In this document: piece by piece, positions 58,328 to 64,000 of the stretch | How the letters are laid out: every line of letters begins with the position of its first letter | Numbering within the stretch: the stretch's first letter is position 1 | Origin: Heterodontus francisci | Lineage: Eukaryota | DNA: 64,000 nucleotides | Reading direction: 5' to 3' | Assembly: GCF_036365525.1 (NCBI RefSeq) | Contig: NC_090418.1 | Location: forward strand, 10,602,856 to 10,666,855 | Program-made: the position numbers and the translations under genes | Notes under the pieces: generated by a model | Databases searched by the model: none | Told to the model about the DNA's origin: nothing | The model's input: the letters and a program-made list of their open reading frames with translations, nothing else

Positions 58328-61227
58328 CTAGTTGATCAGAGTTTGCTTGTGTTTCCTGTACAGGAACAAGGCTATCAATAAAGCAGAGATCAGACAGACA
58401 GCTGTCACAGTCAGGGCCACAATCAGGACCACCTCAGACTCCACACCTACAAAGCAATGAGAAACCAATGGTTAGTGAAGGAAACACGGAGGGGAAAATG
58501 GAAACTAGCAGTCAGCCAACTCACCACCTGGAGACCTCTCCTGCAGCCTTTGCTCAACCTCATTCAGGGACTCCATTGCCAGGTCAGTCACCTCAGTATC
58601 CAGAATGACCAGGGGTCCAAGTGAGGCCTCACCCTCCCACTTCAATCCAGCTTCACTCTCTGCAATATCAAACATGCCAGTTAGAGGGGGTAAAGGGAGA
58701 TCTCCCACATCTAGAGGATCAATGTCCTACCAGCTTCAGGTACAAGATCCCTCCTTCCTCTGGAAGGAAATCGGAACTCCCTTGTGGCACCACAGTTACC
58801 CACATGGCAACAAGCACAAATGTCATTGTTGGATTCCTCCAATGGGGTCCAGCTAAACAAGAGAAACAGTTGATCAACCAGGTTGTCCACCCTTCCAAAC
58901 AACATTGAAGAGAAAAGGAACTTACACATTCTGCATCTTCTGGAAAGTACAAGCTTTGTTCATGGAATCTCTCCGATCCACTGGAGCAACTTTCAGGTGA
59001 CAGGTGATGAAAATCTGGGACATAAATGTCAGCACAACAAACTTAGTGACACCTCCCAATATGGAGAGCCCAATGATCAGCTTGCACTTACCAAGGAACG
59101 GTCATCTCCAAAGAAGCAGAAAGCATCCAGGTCAAACCGGAGCTTGTCCAGCTCACGCTTGTCTCTTGGCAACACGAAGGTTGAAAAGGAGTCCTCAGCT
59201 TTGCTGTCCAGGAGGCAACTGGAGAAAGATTCAAAAAAGGGACATGAAGGGAATCAAGTGAAGCCATTGAGATGGGAGCAGCTGGAGAAAGCAGAGAGCT
59301 CCTTACCCATTGTAGTCAATGATGCTGTATCTCGGGGTGGAATCCTTGTCTGGGCTCAATGTAGCTACACAGCGGTCAATGTAGAGCTTCAGGGGCATGT
59401 GGTTGGTCATTGAAACAGAGGCCTCAATGTGAATGAGGTCACCCAGGTAGTAGACAGTCGAGGTGCGCTCTGTAAGCCAGTCATCTGAAGTACAAGAGGA
59501 CAAGGGTTGGAGACAGTGGGTACAACTCCCAGTGGGTGAGTACAGGAAATCACTCCCCATCCACCCATCACATACCATTCATTAGGCGCAGAGAGAATGA
59601 CAGATGCCCTTCTCCAGACTTGGTGGAGCTGAATGGGATCCAGGTGGGCTTGATGGGGTTACTGCTCACATTCCCCTTCCTGGAAGGACAGGAGAGTCAT
59701 TTTAGGACAACTTCAGAGAACTTGCATTGGACTGAAAATTCATTAATAAAAATCACTCATCTAGTACCTAAAATAATGACACTCGATGGGAACGACAGCT
59801 CCATTTGTTCTCACAATGACAGATCCATGATACTGGGGGGTGTGGTTCAGGTGGGTGGTGTAGACCAGGAAATCTCCAGCCATCTGAAAGACATCATATT
59901 GAAGCAGGGAGATCAGACCAAAAAAAGGAAAATACTCTGTACAGGAGTTAAGAATGAAGTGATCCTAACAAAACAGTTCTTAGTGGGCTTGACAGGGTAG
60001 TGCTGAGTCAGTTCCCCAACTGACTAGTAAAATTAAGAAGTGTAGACTCAGATACAGGGTCACTTGCAGTTGACGTGATTAAAAAAAGCTTCATTCAAAA
60101 AGCCATGAATCTTTGGAATTCTCTACCCGAGACAGACAAATCCTCATGGATGATATTCAAGATGGATGGATATCTTTTTGGGCATAAAGTGAATCAGAAT
60201 GAGATGAGGACATGGAATTTGAGGAGAAGTTTAAGCACAATCTTAAAAGCAGCTAGAGGGGCTGTACAGCATGTTGCTCTGGAGAATTAACACAAGTAAA
60301 AAAGGAGAGACTGTGAGCACAAGAACTAAACAAAATAAGTGAAGCTGTCCTTTTGGGCCATTCCCTTAACAGCCACAAGTTACAGCAATTTAGAGCTCTG
60401 AAATAAACCAGTCTTGAAGCAGGGCTGCACATAATCCAGTTACAGGGAAAGCAGGAAATGTGGCATCAAATCTGATTTTTCATTCTGTTCATTGAAGAGT
60501 CAACCAGATTAAATAAAACTGGACTGAAACTGAAGATTCAAGTTGAGTTTAATGAGGGGCAGTAGAACTGAAAAAAAATTAATGAGGATAAGAAAAAAAA
60601 AAGGAAAGCTTGGAGACCAAAGAGAAGGTTCAAAACCAATTGGGCTGATAATACAAGGTAGGAAAGAAGGAGACTGGATAAAACAAAGTACAATACACAA
60701 CTAACAAGATTGAAGTTTGATAATGCAGGAGACAGACATCTCAATGATATTTCACAATGTATTGGAATGAAGAGTTAGCAACAATCTACACACCCAGCTT
60801 AGAGCAAGAGTCAAGGACTCATTACCTGTAATCTGCTACCACACTCATGGAGCCCATAGTCAAAGAGGACAGTGTGGTTCTGAGAGTAGATCCTGGTCGG
60901 CCGACAACCTGCTGTCCCCAGGGTCAGGTCAGCAGCTTTAATCAGGTGCCTGGTTCCAAATAAATCCATCTGGACCCTGACCAGCAGGTTCTGCTCTCCA
61001 CACTGCACTGTCACAGTCTGCAGTGGAGACACACTTCGACCCTCAGACACACGGAAATGGGAACCAAAGGGAGACCCAGTTGGAGAGACTCTCTGAAGGA
61101 CAGGGGTGGCTTTTACTCTTCTCCATGGAAACCTCTGGTCTCGAAACTGTTGCCAAGTATCAGAGCAACAGACAATTCCAAATAACACCAGCACTGGGAA
61201 CAAACCCCTCATTACAAAATCCCCCAT
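58328..61227 (-). CDS. ZP3: ZP3-type egg-envelope glycoprotein, copy 4 (463 aa; unrelated intron 1)
   Basis: Exons 61227-60826, 59883-59768, 59679-59576, 59484-59307, 59218-59092, 59014-58926, 58852-58731, 58659-58525, 58446-58328. GT-AG introns, no stops seen, RGRR. Confidence 0.9.
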
Positions 61228-61271
61228 GATACCAAACAACTCAACCATCCCTTCACCTACCAACCAACTCC

Positions 61272-61470
61272 TTTTATACACACAAACTGCAGTCACCTGA
61301 CACCAATGATCCCAGAAGCAGCAACATTGAGCCAATTAACCAGCCCCAATCTCCACAATTTACACCCAATGGCAGAACCCATGGATTCATTGCCAGGCGG
61401 GCCTATTTTATTTAGACCAATAGGAGTGACTCTGAGTTTCCCCATGTCACCTGACACAAATCAGCTCCAC
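61272..61470 (-). promoter_or_regulatory. ZP3 copy 4 promoter
   Basis: TATAAAA at 61278-61272; CAGGTG at 61299-61294 and 61453-61448; five CCAAT boxes. Homology to the other copies fades at ~61500. Confidence 0.72.
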
Positions 61471-61514
61471 GATTGCTCATTTTGACGGAAACTATTCATA
61501 CAATAGTCTAGAAT

Positions 61515-61692
61515 TATCTGGCCAATGTCACATTCCTGATTGTGGGATCTTGCTGTGCACAAATTGGCTGCCATGTTTCCTCCATTACAACAGCGACTAC
61601 ACTTCAAAAGTTGTTTTATTGGCTATAAAGCGCTTTGGGATGTCCTGTGCTCGTGAAAGGTGCTATATGAATGCAAGACTTTCTTTTTTTCA
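61515..61692 (+). mobile_element. DeuSINE/SacSINE1-like 3' part
   Basis: tgtgggatcttgctgtgcacaaattggctgcc...gactacacttcaaaag...gtgaaaggtgctatatgaatgcaag. Confidence 0.65.
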
Positions 61693-61699
61693 AACAACT

Positions 61700-62265
61700 C
61701 TCTGGTTAAGCCTCAGTTGGAGCATTGTGTCCAATTCTGGGCACCGTACTTTAGGAAGGATGTCAAAGCCTTGGAGAGGGGTCAGAGTTTCAGGATGATA
61801 CCAGGAATGAGGGAATCAGTAATGTGGAGAGACTGGAGAAGCTGGGATTGGTCTCCTTAGAGCAGAGAAGGTTAAGGGGAGATTTAAATCGAGGTGTCCA
61901 ACATCGTGAGGGGCTTTGATAGAGCAAGTAGGGAGAAACCGCTCCCTCTGGGAAGTGGGTGGGTCACCAGAGGACACCGATTTCAAATAATTGGCTAAAG
62001 AACTCGAAAGGTAATGAAGAGAAACTCCTGCCTCCGGAGGCTTGTTCTGATCTGGAACAGATGATCTGAAAGGATGGTACAATCTGATTCCATTGGAACT
62101 ATCAAAAGGCAATTGGGCAGGTACATGAAGAGAACTAATTTACAGGGTTATGGGGAAAATGCTGGGATGTGGGACGAAATTGGAGAGCTCTTTTAAAGAG
62201 TCAGCACAGGCACGATGGGCCGAATGGCCTCCATCTGTAGTGTAAGATTCTATAATTGTATGATT
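61700..62265 (+). mobile_element. Decayed CR1 3' end
   Basis: SLVKPQLEHCVQFWAPYFRKDV; tail gatgggccgaatggcctcc...ttctat. Confidence 0.8.
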
Positions 62266-62719
62266 CTAGGATACTCCACAAAGGATCAGGCTGTAACTTT
62301 GAAGTCTTGGACTGGATTGTTGTTTTCCATTTGTTTCCTACAGGAAAGCATTATGATTTTGAGAGGGTGCATCTCAGTACTTTGGCATTTAAGACGCACT
62401 GTGGATTTTCAGCCTCTGTCGCACAATGACCTCCTTCTGTGCTGGGATAGTCTATGAAATCATAGGATAGTTCAGCACGAGTCTGTGCCGGCTCTTCCGA
62501 AGTGCAATCCAGTAAGTCCCACTCCCTGGCTCTTTCCCCGTATCCGCCATTATTTCCCTTCAGGGCTTCTGTCAGTCCGGCACTGACGTCATGATGGAGC
62601 CCAATTCTGAGGCCTTAGAGTTTATTTCAAACCAGTTAAAGTTTCTCCCTATTATTTACTACCTTTTATTGGTCTATAAGATCACCTCTTAGACAGGTCG
62701 GAAAGCCCAAGTCTCTCCC

Positions 62720-63946
62720 GACTTTCCTCGTAACGCAGAACCCCGCTGCTAGGAATCCACCTCGTGGTTTTTATCCGCACTGTCTCCGATGTTTGATTCT
62801 CCTCCAATGGGAGCAATTCTGTATTGGATACTTCCAACGAGGTCATCGGACCCAGCACCAAGAAGAATAGGGACTGGTTTGATGAAAATGACAAGGAGAA
62901 AGGTCAGCTCATCAGGGTCACCCGGCTCAGCCAGCCAGTCAAGAGAAAAAGACAGCCGACCGTCAAGCATGCAGCACCCTACAATGCAAACTGAGGAACA
63001 TCCACAACGACTGGTGGATCACACTTGTGGAAATAACTCAACTGTACGCTGAAAGTGGCCACATAAGAAGTTTCTACGAAACATTAAAATCTATCTATGG
63101 ACCAGCAAATCAAATCCAAAACCCCCTGAGGAGCACCGATGGCAAGACCCTACACACCGACAAGGAGTCAGTCCTGGAACGCTGGTCAGAGCACTTTGAA
63201 ACTCTCTTCAGCACCAAGTGCACAGTGCATGATACTGCCATCAAACACATCCAACAACAGCCTGTCAAAGAAGAACTGGGTGAGAGCCCAACTCTGGAGG
63301 AAACTGTGACCGCCATCAACTAGACGAAGAACAACAAAGCCCCCAGAGCCGATGGAATTCCACCCGAAGCCTTAAAACAAGGTGGCCCTGCCCTCAACAC
63401 CAAGCTCCAGGAGTGTTTCACGGCCTGCTGGGGACAGGGCAGGATTCCACGGGATGTTCGTGCTACCGTTATCATCACCTTGTACAAAAACAAAGGAGAA
63501 AAATCAGACTGCTCCAACTACCGTGGGATCAGCCTCCTTTCTATTGCTGGGAAGATCCTGGCTGGAATACCTTTGAGCAGGCTTGTGCCTACCATTGCGG
63601 AAGAAAACCTCCCAGAGAGCCAGTGTGGTTTCAGAGCAAACAGAGGCGCCGCAGACATGGTATTTGGACTCAGACAATTACAAGAAAAGTGTCTTGAGCA
63701 AAACAAAGGCCCATACGTCACTTTCGTAGACCTCACCAAGGCATTCGACACTGTGAACAGAGGTAGACTTTGGAAAATCCTGGTAAAACTTGGATGTCCA
63801 CCCAGGTTCCTGGCCATGGTGAAGCAGTTTCATGAAAATCAGTACGGACAAGTCAAGCAAAACAACGACCTCTTGAGTCCCTTCCGTATCTCCAATGTGT
63901 GCTGGCCCTGACCCTATTCACCATCTTTTTCAGCATGATGCTGCAA
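62720..63946 (+). mobile_element. RTE-clade LINE RT fragment
   Basis: KAPRADGIPPE, YKNKGEKSDCSNYRGISLLSIAGKI, PESQCGFRANRG, RQLQEKCLEQN, FVDLTKAFDTVNR; frameshifted. Confidence 0.88.
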
Positions 63947-64000
63947 AGGGTGCTGCATGCTTGACGGTCGGCTGTCTTTTTCTCTTGACTGGCTGGCTGA
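63947..64000 (-). repeat. Perfect inverted copy of 62927-62980 (runs to the window edge)
   Basis: 54/54 reverse-complement match, checked by eye. Confidence 0.9.

Larger units (their letters stand above)
9608..61480. repeat. Tandem segmental array: 4 ZP3 genes + 3 homologous TE-rich spacers
   Basis: Start-codon spacing is 17737, 18055 and 13190 bp. Near-identical ORFs recur at these offsets in the ORF track. Confidence 0.97.

Noticed and set aside
62584-62591. Perfect CRE site TGACGTCA ~1.3 kb upstream of copy 4
   Set aside because: A single 8-mer among TE fragments with no counterpart seen in the other promoters; expected by chance.

Overview
Vertebrate genomic DNA, most likely from a cartilaginous fish (inferred from HE1/V-SINE-like and SacSINE1/DeuSINE-like repeats and dense CR1 LINEs). 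The main content is a tandem array of four ZP3-type (zona pellucida/egg-coat ZPC) genes on the minus strand, with CDS spans 9608-12245, 27351-29982, 45406-48037 and 58328-61227. I reconstructed each by hand as 9 GT-AG exons giving an open 462-463 aa protein: signal peptide, ZP-N, ZP-C with ZP3-type extra Cys, EHP and TM. Each copy has a TATA/multi-CCAAT/E-box promoter and a very short 3'UTR. Three related spacers (periods about 17.7, 18.1 and 13.2 kb) hold the same stack of decayed retroelements: CR1 with a V-SINE, Tx1-like with a nested CR1, Gmr1-like Gypsy, a second CR1/L2-group LINE and a plus-strand CR1. Highlights: (1) copies 2 and 3 look like 5'-copy1/3'-copy4 chimeras from unequal crossing-over; (2) copy 1 has a weakened furin site before the EHP but a new R-L-K-R site after it; (3) the Tx1-like element and several poly(A) inserts all land at the same position of a 69-bp minisatellite, suggesting target-specific retrotransposition; (4) a CR1 ORF1 ends on a GGGUUUAAAC slippery site with an open -1 frame. 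All alignments were made by eye and TE boundaries are approximate.
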